Positions 26,460 to 39,236 are shown, counted from the stretch's first letter. The stretch is 64,000 nucleotides of DNA from Octopus sinensis (GCF_006345805.1 NW_021832436.1:103522-167521), one strand, 5' to 3'. Translations and numbers: made by a program. Notes: generated from the sequence alone by a model not told the origin.

Positions 26460-26990
26460 TAATCATGAAGCAACGTGGGTTTAGTATTAATTACACACCA
26501 ATTACAATTAAACAAAAAGGTGAAATTTTGCGTTATAATGATGAAAATAAACTGATATTCTGTCAAAGAATTGCTGATAAATTTTCTCATTTGTTTAAAG
26601 TAGAGTTTGAGGAGGACAATTAACGATATTTTAAAAATGCGCGAAAGGAGGTTTAAATCTTAAGGACAGTGTTCTTTTTATAAAAATGCCTTGGGAAGAC
26701 TATGCTCGATAATGATGGGAAATTGCTTCAAAAAACAGAAATTGTCGAAAGCAAAGAAGATTTTAAAAAATCACAATTATTTGTTAAAATAAAATTATTT
26801 TTATCAATTACCTTAATTTTGTCTAATTTCGATATTTAAACAGTTCTGCTCACACTGAGAAATTATTGATTATATTTTGAAATTCGCCGAAAAAATGGCG
26901 AAATTTGGGAGTATTTACTGCACGAGCTTAATGTTTAAATTCGCTGAATCAATGATAACGTTGACTTTTAAAAAAAGTATTAAAGAACAA
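26460..26990 (+). pseudogene. Possible pogo/Tigger (CENP-B HTH) transposase remnant
   Basis: Weak KQKGEIL..QRIADKF-type HTH fragments with many stops. Confidence 0.3.
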
Positions 26991-27039
26991 AGTTAGATGC
27001 TAGCTAGGATAAGTGGTCAAAAAGATAGTCGGGAGTTCA

Positions 27040-27720
27040 AGAATCACCTCAACAACGCCACATAGCGTATTGAATGACAGGTTCCGGTAGCAGAGCGACC
27101 GAGATTTGCTGAAAAGCCATCTCATCCTTCTCCGGTCGATTAGAAGAGATTTTCCTACTAATGTCAGCGAAGAGTTGAGTCGCAGTTTTGCCGACGATTA
27201 TTGAGGTTTCGAAGCTAAAGATTCAAACTAAAATGAGTCGGGAATACACAGGTATTTTGTCCTCTTTGACTCTTCGGCCTGAGCACTCGTGGACCCCAGG
27301 TTGTTGCAAGTCTTTTGTAGCATCGTCGCCGGAAAAGAGTCGACGCAGGTGGCATCCTAAACCAGGGACTTGCCTTCCCTAAAAGCATAGGTCGTCATCC
27401 CGTCGGGACGCTTGCTGTCGCTTTGGAAAAGGCCGACTGGCTGTAGCGTGGAATGGAAACCAGCCGACTCGAGAGCCCTCCTGACAATGTCATTGAGTTG
27501 AGCGTGGCAAGGAATTTTACGGCACTCTTTTTACACAAGGCGTGCAAGCCGTTCGAAGAAATTGTCGACCCGCACCGGCAGAGCGGGGCTGGGAACTGTC
27601 CAACCCCAAGCGTAAACAGATATCTATCCGTAAGGATTTATCGTCCAGTTGTAATCCCGTGCTAAGGATAGGGAGTGCTTTCAGCCAGTCTCCAGAATGC
27701 GGCTGACAAGCGCATTTTAG
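27040..27720 (-). mobile_element. Degraded CRE-clade 3' fragment
   Basis: CQPHSGDWL, CRCGS..GLHAL, KRPDGMT, SLVWDATC on the minus strand. Confidence 0.82.
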
Positions 27721-27779
27721 ATAAGTTTTTTGAAGGTTCTTTTAATATTTAGAAAGGTTTGATAGGGATTTTTTAACAA

Positions 27780-28077
27780 GTTAATGTGAAGGAGTTGACC
27801 AGACGTCACCCGCAAATTTGGCTATAGAAGAATATTTTGCCGCTAGTGGAAAGAAATTTCGGGGACGCCCGCGCATTACTCTACCGGAGGTGCTGGATGC
27901 TGACCTCAAATCAATCGACCGCAAGCTTAAAAATGGGGATGATCTGGACGCAATGAGAAACTTAGCACGCAACAGGGGAGGTTGGACAAGGATTATCAAG
28001 AAAATCGTTTCAAGTGCCGCACGTGTGGAAATATAACTATTATGTTTCTACGGCAGTTGCCGATAATAATAATAATA
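27780..28077 (+). mobile_element. 3' end of an RTE-like LINE with a (TAA)n tail
   Basis: FRGRPRITL..D..LARNRGGW; TAATAATAATAAT at 28063-28077. Confidence 0.7.
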
Positions 28078-28204
28078 TGGGTCAAAATTGTAAAACGATA
28101 GAATGTATAACGCGAATGGCTCGCTACATTTATTTTAATTTTTGGTTTTAAATTATTCATTTTTAGTAACATTTTTTAATTATTATTTACTTTTTTATAA
28201 CTTA

Positions 28205-29353
28205 TTTCATGCCTTGAACGAGTACGCCATCTCATTGCTAAACTACTACATTGGCCTGATCGAATTCGAGCCGAGTGAGTACGATGAAATGGACCTTATT
28301 GTCTGAAGAGTACTCCGAGAGAATCACGTCCACGTGTTGGCAAGCAATAAGGAGAGATTATACTTGTCTCGCCGGCAGCTAGGACGTGGACTGAGTAACA
28401 TCGTAAACTTAAGTGAGCGAATTCTTACTAAGATGCACGACACCTTGTGGAGTAGGTCGAGTGTATCCCAAAGGAAGGCTGCCATCCTTGCTGCTGAAAA
28501 AGCGCGTGGTACACACCTAGGGACCATAAAAGGCTATGTGTCGGCTAAGTATAGTCTAGGTGCTACCCAAGTTAATGTGAAGGAGTTGATCAAACTTCAA
28601 AAGGAGTCCCTAATTAAAAAGATCAACTTAAAAGTCCTTCACAAGACTCTTTTTAGCAGCCTGGACAACCCGCACATTGACGTATCGTCGTCATCAACGT
28701 GGCTGAAATATGGGAATAACTCTCCCCGATCAGAAGGGTTGTTCTCATATTTGCAGGATAGAAACTTTTTTAATGGTCAACGGAAACAGTGTAACCACTG
28801 TAAGAGTAAGGCAATTACCGTTGACAATTTAGCCACGAAGTGCGGGAGTATGCTTTACCATGATTACACATGGAGGCATAACGAGGTGGTGAGGTCCCTC
28901 CATCTTTTGCTCTGCAATAAGTATGGCTTGAGGCGGTCCAGAAAGTTGCGAACCCATCGAGTTCAATCGGTGTGTGAGAACTCGCGGGTGTGCATTAAGG
29001 TGGATACCCCCATACGCACCTCGATTGTTGTCCAGCACAACAGATACGATATTGTGGTCCCGTGTGTGATGACATGGGATGGACTGGTCACCAAATACCA
29101 CAAGCGGTACTTAAGACAGTTGGATGTAGACAAGTCTCTACAGGCTTATATACAGTCAACTGTTCTTAAGAGGACTCTGGAAAGTGTCTCGTTTGATGCT
29201 CGCCGATCCAGCCCTTTCCTGACGTTTAGTCAGCGAGAGGCGCTGGACTGCACCTTCTCGAAGGTCTGCAGTGCCAGAGAAGAGGAGGAAGAAGGGGAGG
29301 AGGTGCGTGGAGTGCCACCTTCTGCTCACTTCGAAGGCTCTGGACTTAGTTAG
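28205..29353 (+). mobile_element. 5'-truncated R4/Dong-like non-LTR retrotransposon (thumb, CCHC, internally deleted RLE)
   Basis: ERLYLSRRQLGRGL, YLQDRN, CNHC..NLATKC, RHNEVV, IKVDTPI..HNRYDIVVPCVMTWDG. Confidence 0.82.
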
Positions 29354-29754
29354 TAAAATTACTTAGTTAATTAGTTTATTTTTTTAATAAAGTACTTTTT
29401 TATTAAAACTACCATTTTTGCACTTTTTCTTTCAATATTTTTTTACAAATTTTTTATTACTCAGACAAACTGATTTTTGTCGAGAAATCTCTGAAAATAC
29501 GTTTTTAATTTTGACTAGTCCAGAGATCATTTGGAAACTTCAAACTTCTTTTTCTAAACGAGTAATCCGAATTTAATGACTAGGAGCGACGTATATTGTT
29601 ATTAATTACATTTTTAATAAATTTAATAATTGTTTCTTAATTAATCTTATCATTTTGTATAAATGTTGTTTTTTAATCTCAAGCTTATTATTATATTAAT
29701 CGGAATTAAATTATCTGTATTCAAATTATTCGTCATTTCCTCATCTGTCCCATC

Positions 29755-31509
29755 ATGGGATGTAATAATTCAAAACCAAGTTTAAAAAACAAGAATCCAA
29801 TTCAAATGACGAGTATGTCAGTTTTTTGGCGTATTTCACTTACTTGTTTAAGAATATTACTTGATTTTGTGCGATATCTTATTATCATGACATAAATAAA
29901 GCATTCATCTGCAATTCGAATAACAAATAATTTACTTTTTAGTCAAACACCAAGTCGATGAGACTCGGAAACCTCGGGATAGGAATGATGAGATTGTTGT
30001 TGGTATGTTTTCATTCACTGCTATTCAAAATGACGATCTTTCGTTCGAAGTGGGGACTCGAATGAAGGTAATGAACTACAGGTTTGTAGTTGCACAAATA
30101 CCTAGTGATGACCGGCTGTGGATTTATGTGACTAACATTAAAACTAATGAGAGAGGTTTTGTTCCTGCTAATTATGTCGAATCTGAGAACAAACGCAAAA
30201 CTTCATTAGAGTAGTTATGAATGATCACTTTTGCAGCTGTTTCTTAGATATCAGCCGGACTGAGGCCCAAGTCCAACTAATGTTCGCGGAAAAAAGTACA
30301 ACTGGAACATTTATAGTCCGTCCATCAACTGGTGACCTTATTTTTAAATTCAGCAGGCGGGGGATATGCCTTGTCAATAATGACAAGTCAAAACGAGGTC
30401 AAACACTACAAAATAAAAGTTAAAACGATTCAGGGCGGGTTCGAAATGAGCATAAGCGACACTAAAATATTTTCGTCGTTGGATCAGCTTATTTCATATT
30501 ACCAGAGTTTCAGTCATTTGCTTATTCAATAGAGAATGCTGAACTGGCTTGCATTCTTACAAATCCTCTAAAGCGGTCAGCGCCCACAGTCACGTCGAGA
30601 AAACTAGTTATTCCTTTTGAAGAGTTCAAGATCACTACAACACTCGGACAAGGCAACTTTGGGAAAGTCTATAAAGGTTTCTTGTTTTGGTTATTCATAG
30701 GGAAATGGAAAAATTTGGATGTGGCACTCAAGTCTCTTAAGGACGCGAATAACAAAGAATTTTTCGACGAAGCAAAAATAATGCACAGTCTGGACAACCA
30801 GTATTTGGTCAAGTTGTTGGGAGTATCCCTGGATGGGGAAACGTCCTACCTCTGTATGGAATTTATGGAACGAGGACATTTGATGGGAGTCCTCAAATCT
30901 GACCGAGGCAACAAAATTACGTTTGAAATGCTGGCACGGATGGCTGCACAGGTAATCATTACATAATGACCAGATATCGTCGGGAATGTGTTATTTGTCC
31001 GACCAAGGTCTTATTCATCGGGACCTACGAACTGAGAATGTTCTTGTTGACAAAACTTTTACCTGCAAAATTGCAGACTTTGGTCTTGCCAAGAAAACCG
31101 ACAATTTTCAAGCCTCCGAAGGTAATCTGGGTATTCTCATTATGCAGATACAAAATTTCCAGTCAAGTGGACGGCACTGGAAGCTGCTACTAAGGGAAAG
31201 TTTTCGACTAAGTCAGATATCTGGTCATTCGGTGTCCTGCTTTGGGAGCTTGTCACCTTTGGAGATGTCCCATACAAAGGTGCCCATTTTTTCAAAAATC
31301 AAGGGATGAACGGATCTGAAGTTTTAAAACAGCTTAAGACTGGATTTCGAATGAAAATCCCTCCAGACGTTCCGCATAATGTACCAAATGAGTGGTATGA
31401 ACAAATGCTAATGTGCTGGGACGAAGAACCTATGAAAAGACCTAACTTTCACTCCCTCGTTGATGTCTTTGAGGCATTTTGTGTCGGGGGGAAAGACTAT
31501 ATTGATTAA
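29755..31509 (+). CDS. Src-family non-receptor tyrosine kinase (MGC myristoylation site, SH3, SH2, kinase, tail Tyr)
   Basis: [49 protein letters not shown]-terminal DYID; one 130-nt intron and eight 22-26-nt introns. Confidence 0.93.
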
Positions 31510-32679
31510 TTATTTATTAAACATTTTACAGATATCACTTTTGATTTAATGTTACAAATGAACGATTTTTAAATAAATTTTGCATAGAAGTAAAATTAAT
31601 TAGATCTAATTTAATTATTCTCTTGGAGAACTATATTGTTGCCCTCGTATTTTCTCATATTCCCTCTACGTTTTTCATTAATATGTTACGCATTGGCAGT
31701 CAGTTACATTTTTTGACTTTGAAAACGTCTTTTGATTATCCGACATTTAACATCTAAACCCCTCTATTATGCCATCCCCTTATAATGCCACCCCGCTTAT
31801 TGGCACGTCATTTTTTGTTTCTTATTTGAATTTCTCTTTATAAGATTATCAGCTTATGTTGAGAGCACCAAATTTCTTTGTGATCAACAGTAGGGTTTCC
31901 GTCCTGGACGGTCATGTGGTGACTGGCTTTTCTAAGTCCACAATGAAAAATAAAAAAGTAAATCAGAAGATCTGACTCTTACCCCCGTTTGTCTGGATAT
32001 TTCAAAGGTGTTTGATAGTGTATAGGATTTGGAACTTTTTGTCAAAGTTTCTCGTACAAAAATTGATGAAACATCTTTCAATTTGCACATAAATTTCATT
32101 GAAAACAGAAAATCTTAATCAGCAAAAATGACAAATCTGTAGAAAAAGTTAACTGTTCCAAAGATTAATCATCGAATATTATGTTTTCACGAATACGTTA
32201 CGTCATCTATTTTCACAAAGAAAAATCGTTTTTAATTTTTCTTGTTCGTAAAATCTGAACACATTCCGTTTTTAAAATTTTGTAACAAATTTAATTTCAA
32301 GAATTCAGTGTTACCTTACGCAATTATTTGATAACAAAAGTTATATTGTACCATATTAGCATTGGAACTCTCAAATTTTTTCAATCCTAGCGCAGGATTT
32401 GTGCAGTAATCTTTATTGACTTTAATCTTTAAATAACATCATTAAAATTTACATTATCTTCTATTTTCAGTTTTAAGGTATAGTTTTCCGTTTTTAATTT
32501 TAAACCTTTCCCGATTTTTAAAATAATTCGGTATCTTTTTTTTGAAGAATCGACAATGAAATCTCGGATAAAACATTCATAATTGAGACGTATTCTTTTG
32601 GATCTTGTGCATAACCGCTATACATTGTCGGTTCCAGAACGGGAATAAATGTGATCTAGGACGTGATATGTTCCGACAC

Positions 32680-32930
32680 ATTCTCACCATATAATCTGAT
32701 CTCTGCAGTTGCAGAGCCCAGCTCGGCGGAAAAATACACGGAACTCGCAAAAAAAGAAATACTCGTCCCTGGTCAGAAACCACACATTTGCACCTATAGC
32801 CGTTGGGACATCCCGGGTCATCGGCACAGAGTCGTTTTTTTTTCTTCGTCGGCTGGGGACAAAGATTGAAAGGGAAAATAAGGATCCCAACAAGACACGT
32901 CATCTTTTTCAAAGTCTCGTTGGCGAGACT
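32680..32930 (+). mobile_element. Degraded CRE-clade RLE fragment
   Basis: KKYSSL..FAPIAVGTS.VIG..FLRRLG..DP..HLFQ. Confidence 0.7.
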
Positions 32931-33099
32931 TAAATATCGAATAATTGAACAAATCCTTAAAGGAGAAAATTAAAATTCTGAACAAACACAACAAATTCCG
33001 GTTTTTACAAAAACCAAAAAAATTCATGATGATTAACGACAAGATGTACCTTACAGATTCGAATGGAAATCATAAGCTCGTAATTTGCATGGATAATGA

Positions 33100-35653
33100 C
33101 TTTACTTACCCGCTGTGCAATGCGACCTGGAGATTCAAACACTTCTCCTGACATTACCTTATGTTCCCCAAACATCGCCCTCGACGCCAAATGGACAGTT
33201 CTGTACGACCTACCAACGGACCACAATCCTATTCTAATCAAAATAAACCATCACCCTGTAAAGAAGAGAATTACGAAGACCTACATTAACTACAAACGTG
33301 GGAAATGGGACTCGTTCAGGAGTGAAACTGAACGTATATTCAGTAATTTTTCTTGCTCCTCCTTTCAATCATTTGACGCTGCCGTTGCTTTCTTTACTAG
33401 TACACTTCTTTCTGCGGACAAAAAATTTATTCCCCGCGGCTTCATCCGAAATCACGGCCTCCACTTCCCCCCACCTATCATTGAACTATTCAAAAAACGA
33501 AGGAGGATCAAATCGACGACTTCTATCAATGGAAATGGAGAATCTCTAGCAGAAATCAACAAACAAATTGACGAATTAATCAAGAAACATAAAACTGACG
33601 AATGGAATGATTTTATCACTTCAATAACCCCAAATACTGGATCCCGTGCTTTCTGGAGAACCCTCAAGAAAATTCACACGAGGCAAACATGTCCCCTCTC
33701 ACATGCCACCGGTATCTCGACCAAAAAATCTGTCCTATCTTTCCAGGATCAAGCCAACATCTTAATTCGCCATTATGCAAAAATCAGTCACCTTCCTACC
33801 CCAAAGGATCTCCGTTTCGTAAGAAAATCACATTATAAGTCAAATGACAATTCTACTGACTATATTAACATCCCAGAATCATTTACCAGGCAACTTGTTG
33901 TTAACTCGCGGAATTCTAACGCCAGAGGTCCTGATGGCCTTGCCATCCACCACCTAAAAAATCTGGGTCCTAATGGCTTTCTGGCTCTGACCAATTTAAT
34001 CGAATACTCGATCAACCATGGTCTGGTTCCTATGCTTTGGAAGAAATCTACCATCATCCCTATCCCAAAGCCAAATCGTGATACCTCTGACCCCTCCTCT
34101 TTTCGACCTATCTCTTTGATCTCAGTGGTTTCAAAAATAACAGAGCGAGTTGTATTGAGCATCATAAAACCTTTCCTCCCATTTGCTGAATCTCAACATG
34201 GCTTTCGTTCTTTGCATTCCACTTCCACCCATCTTTCAAAACTGACACAATTCATTGCGGATGGGTTTAACAATCATAAGCCACCTCAAAGAACAATTAT
34301 TGCATCCATCGACATTGAAAAGGCATTTGACAGAACGTCAAGACACGTTCTGTGTAGGAAAATAACCGATACGGAATTCCCCCACCAAATAAAGTCATGG
34401 CTACTCTCTTTTCTCTCTGGGCGTCTTGGTCGCACCACAATCATGTCTTCTTACTCACGCTACAAATACTTGCCTAACGGAGTTCCCCAAGGCTCGGTCC
34501 TTTCACCTGCCTTATTTAACTTACATCTGTCAAATATCCCGACGAACAATAATACTCTACTTCTCTCCTACGCTGATGACTTAATTTTTGCCTCCCGCCA
34601 CCAAAACATAATCACCGCTTCTGGATTTCTGCAGGAACACATGAACACTCTTTCGTCCTGGCTGAAATGCAATCTTCTTCAACCTTCTCCTTCCAAATCA
34701 TCTGTTACGCTATTCACAACTGACCGCCGTCAGTTCAACTTAGAGCCTAAACTATTCCTAGACAACACTCCACTCCCAGTTGAAAAATCCCCCAAAATCT
34801 TGGGTCTGATATTTGATTGCTGTTTGTCCTTCTCGAAACATGTTTCATATATCTGTGGAAAATCCCAGAAAAAACTCAATGTGCTCCGAGCTATTGCGGG
34901 GACTTCATTTGGGCAGGATAAGGAAAGTCTAACAACTGTATACAAGCAGTTTATTAGAACAACTATGAACTACGCCATCCCTGCTTGGGGTTCCTGCTTA
35001 TCTAATACAAACCTTGAAAAACTTCAGAGAACTCAAAACTCAGCATTACGAATTATTACCGGCTGTCTAAAAACGACACCTACCGACCACCTACATTGGG
35101 AATCGAAAATCCTTCCAATCAGTGACCATTTTGAAATGCTCGGGCTGCAATTTCTTGACAAATGCCGAACCCTAAATCACCCTGGCTACTTCCTCTGGCA
35201 CTCCACTAACAACAGGAGAATAGTTCCGACCCTCGCGGACAAAGTCCGCAAGCTTATACGATCCCCTCCGGACATTAACCAGAAGGGGATTCACGACCTG
35301 GTGGCTACGAGGGCAATCAGATGTCTTGGAATAAACAAGCTTCTGGGACGCCTTCCGCCGCCAATTAATAAGATCGAATCCTCCCTCTCAAGAGAAGCCC
35401 GAGTGAACTTGGCTCGTCTCCGCTGTGGCCACCATACTGGCCTACACGATTATCGCATAAAAATCGGTCTTGGTGAAATAACCCCTTCCTATTCCCTCAA
35501 CGACCTTTTCTCCTGTCCAGGCCCGCCTTCTACTTCCTCGGAACACCGGATCACGATCGGGGATCTTTGGGAGCGTCCGACATTGGCCCTAACGTTCTTG
35601 TTAGCCACCGGCTTCCTTCAATTGAAGGGGCCGGGGGTAAATAAATAAATAAA
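33100..35653 (+). mobile_element. 5'-truncated APE-type LINE (I/Jockey group) with an uninterrupted RT frame and (TAAA)n tail
   Basis: PDITL..DHNPI (end of APE), GPDG, FRPISL, QHGFR, DIEKAFD, GVPQGSVLSP, YADD; tail 35638-35653. Confidence 0.93.
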
Positions 35654-35749
35654 TATCCAGGCTCATCTTGGTATGAATAAATGAAGGATCTATGCAATAA
35701 GATGTCTCATACGGCCAGTAATAAATTCATATGAAATTTTTAAGTATTC

Positions 35750-35915
35750 AAACAATTTATTATCAAGACGCTTGCTCATCTTAAGAAACTTGGCCGCCTG
35801 TGTACCTACCGCTCCAGAGATCCCAGAGAATTGATATTCCTTATTCAGAGGATCTCGCGGGCTGTTTTACGCGGGAATTGTCTTTCAATCCTGCGAGCCA
35901 GTACATAATAGCTAG
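35750..35915 (+). mobile_element. Short CRE-clade 3' fragment
   Basis: LKKLGRL..RDPRE..FLIQRISRAVLRGNCLSI. Confidence 0.75.
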
Positions 35916-35980
35916 ATTATTTTTAACAATTTTTTTACTTTCATAAAATTTATTATCAAACAATCGTCTAGAGTCTAGAC

Positions 35981-36797
35981 CAGCGGTTCTCAAATGCGGC
36001 CCCCGGGGCCGCATGTGGCCCCCAGGATTTTTTTTGCGGCCCCTCTAGAGTAACTAACTTTTTTAATTTTTTAATAATGTTTATTCTTAAGGTTAAACAT
36101 ATCCATAATTGGTGATTTAATTAATCAATTTGAAGCACGATTTGGAGTACATTTATATAAATTTAATTTTTAGAATTTTAAAGAATTCCTTCCTTTAATG
36201 AAAATATTTGCAATTCCATTCAGCGTGGAAATTAAGGATGCGCCTGCAAAGTTTCAACTAGAACTCATTAATTTACAACATGATATAGAACTGGCGGCAT
36301 TATTCGAAAATGCGTCCATTATTAATTTTTACGAATTAATTCCTCAAGACAAATTCAAAAATATAACACACAATGCATATATTATATCAATGTTTGGATC
36401 TACATATTTATGCGAATAAATATTTAGTAAAATGATTTGAATAAAAAATAAATATCGCAACAAACTCACGGATAATCACTCGAGTCAGCTTTTACAAACT
36501 TCTTCGACTTTACTTATTCCGGATTTCAAAAACTTAATAAACAAATAATACTTTCTTTTTAGCTCAACGCCTTTTGTAGATTTTTTAACTTTTATTTCTT
36601 TATAAAGGAAATGGAAATTAAAAAAAGAAAAAAGAGTCCAAAAAACTCATTACGCATCAGCAGTGGCTGCACTTCGGATTGCAAGCGAGTTACCGGCTTG
36701 GAAAATATAAAAATATATAAAATATTTTTTGTGCGGCCCGCGAAGCTAATCTTAATTATCGATTTGGCCCTTGAGCTGAAAAGGTTGAGAACCCCTG
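35981..36797 (+). mobile_element. Internally deleted hAT (Buster-type) element
   Basis: TIRs CAGCGGTTCTCAA / TTGAGAACCCCTG; perfect 8-bp TSD GTCTAGAC; dimerisation-domain remnant MFGSTYLCE. Confidence 0.92.
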
Positions 36798-36812
36798 GTC
36801 TAGACTCTAGAG

Positions 36813-38951
36813 CAGGCCTGGCCAACCCAAATCGCATCGCGGGCCACTTTGTCCAAATGAATCCTTTCCGCGGGCCGCATATACATGTACATACTAAGGA
36901 TAGATATCAAAACAACACAGATAAGATTTTATTTAGTAAAATAGCATTCAGTCCAATTATACGTATCAATGAGAAATCTGTTTTTCTTATCTTCACTTAA
37001 TTTTTTCAAATCAACTTCACAATTACTAGTTGCACATCTTAATTGGTTTTCTAAGTTTTTATCTGTTAAAGAAGATCTATATCTACTTTTACTAAACTTT
37101 AATTTCGAAAAGAATGATTCACATACGTAAGTAGATCCAAAGGAGCTTACAACTCTTTGTGCAAAAATTCTTAAGTTGGGATATTTTTCTGCAGTCACAT
37201 ATTTGTTATAAAAGTCAATTTTGGATATAGTAGGATAAACAAGTCTTAGTTCACTGTTGCACTGTAGGTCAATTATTTCCGTCTGCAAAGTATTTGAAAC
37301 AATAGAAACGTCAACATGAAATGGAGAAGAAAATGTTTCAAACATTTTCTCATATTTTTTTAGTTCCGAGAATCGACTGTCAAATGCTGCAGCAAGATTT
37401 TTTATTTCATCAGCGTACTTGAAGAAATTTTTACAATGGCTGATTTTAAATTGATTTAGCGTTGGAAAATGTTGATCATTTCCATTTCTTATTTGACATT
37501 CAAACAATGACAATTTCATTCGAAATGCTTTGACTTGATGGCATGCATTAGTAATCAAATTATCCTGTCCTTGTAACTCCTTGTTTAATTGATTAATTTT
37601 TTCGGTTATATCTACCAAAAAGCACAGATCTAGCATCCATTCTTCATCATTTAATTCAGTTAATGTCATTTTCTTATGCATCATAAAACTTTTGATTTCT
37701 TCTCTCAAGTCGAAAAAACGTTTTAAACATTTTCCGCGACTCAGCCATCTGACATTGGAAAAATACACAAGATCACCATAGTGAGAATATAACTCGTTCA
37801 ATAATTCTTTAAACTGGCGATGTTGAAGTGCATGAGAACGAATGAAGTTTATAGTTCTTACAACCACATTCATAACATGGTTCATAGACAACACTTGCGC
37901 GCACAAATTGTGTTGATGTATCAAGCAGTGTATTACAAATAAATCATTTTTTATGCTTCTTGACTCCATCTCATCCATTATTAGCTTTACAACTCCTTTA
38001 TTTCTTCCAATCATAGCCGGCGCCCCATCTGTTGTCAATCCAGCAAGGGTCTCTAAATTCGCTCCATTGTCGGATAAACATTTCATAACAGCTTGGAAAA
38101 TATCTTCGCCCTTTGTAGTATCTTTCAAACTGACAAGGTTAAGCATTTCTTGTTTCACTTGAAAAGATTCGGTAACTCCACGAATATATACTACAAGTTG
38201 AGACGTGTCTGATATATCCGTGCATTCGTCAAAGGCCAAGAATAACTTTTGAAATATTTTATTTGATCACGCAAAGTCACCACAATTTCATTTGAAATGT
38301 CATTAACCCTGCGACATATGGTTTGACGTGACAAGCTAATGTTTGAAAACTTTTTAGTTTTATCTGGCAAAATGTCTTTCACGACAGCATCCAAACACTC
38401 TTTTACGAATTCTCCATCCGAAAATGATTTCATTCTCTTTGAAATTATCATTGCAACAGAGTAGCTTGCTTTAACAGTATCAGAAGAAGAGTGTATCGAT
38501 GAATTTAATAGTCTTTGCTGATTTCTCAATTCAGATTTAAGCGAATCCAGTTCCTTGTTTTCAATTCCTTACTAAATTTCGCGTATTCGGAATGCTTTGT
38601 TTCATAATGTCTTCTTACATTGTACTCTTTCACCACCGATACTTTCTCCTTGCAAATTAAACATGTTGGCTTGGAATTATGCATTATAAAAAAGTAATCT
38701 TCTTCCCAATGATTGCTGAATTGCCTGTTTTCTTCAAAAATTTTCCTTTTCTTCATATTGATAACAGCTACAAAAATAGATAAACTTTAAAATTTATTAA
38801 CTTATAAAATTTATCTTTATTTATTAAACTTAAGAAAAATTTATCTTGAATGTATTTATAGGTTAACTACATACAAAATTTCTCTCGCGGGCCGCACCAA
38901 ACTCCATCGCGGGCCGCATGCGGCCCGCGGGCCTTGGGTTGGCCAGCCCTG
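36813..38951 (-). mobile_element. Full-length hAT (Buster/SPIN, GTF2IRD2-like) element; transposase about 38756-36960 with three 1-bp frameshifts
   Basis: TIRs CAGGCCTGGCCAACCC / GGGTTGGCCAGCCCTG; perfect TSD CTCTAGAG; CLIC..RRHY, DECTD, TDGAP, CLIH, VRWLS, STYVCES. Confidence 0.95.
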
Positions 38952-39236
38952 CTCTAGAGGTAGTATATGTAAAAATATTTTTAGGTTTGTTTATGGGCAT
39001 GGCGAAAAAAATCTTGTTGTCTTTAATACAATAGATTAATGTTGATGTTATGAATTTTCACTGTAATTCAACTTTTAGCTTAAGTCCGTATGATAAATCC
39101 TGTTTGCGCTACTATCGTGATATTGATTAAAACGCGTTTGGTTACTCTTAGTGCAATAGTCGTTCGTACTGAGTTGTCAACTCTTTCCAATCATAAATAA
39201 GCAAATAGACCATTATTGAAATTTAATTTCAAGTAT

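Larger units (their letters stand above)
32930..39153 (+). mobile_element. Remnant of a Ginger-like integrase element hosting nested LINE, CRE and hAT insertions
   Basis: 32930-33099 and 35654-35700 match the copy at 55080-55330 (AHLGMNK); 39106-39153 matches its terminus at 55421-55470. Confidence 0.55.

Noticed and set aside
9107-31509. Programmed frameshifting or an alternative genetic code to explain the fragmented host ORFs
   Set aside because: The frame breaks I checked in host genes are resolved by short GT(GC)-AG introns under the standard code.
33096-35648. 850-aa ORF as a complete gene or domesticated RT
   Set aside because: The ATG comes from the flanking host element and most of the APE domain is missing. 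It is a 5'-truncated LINE.
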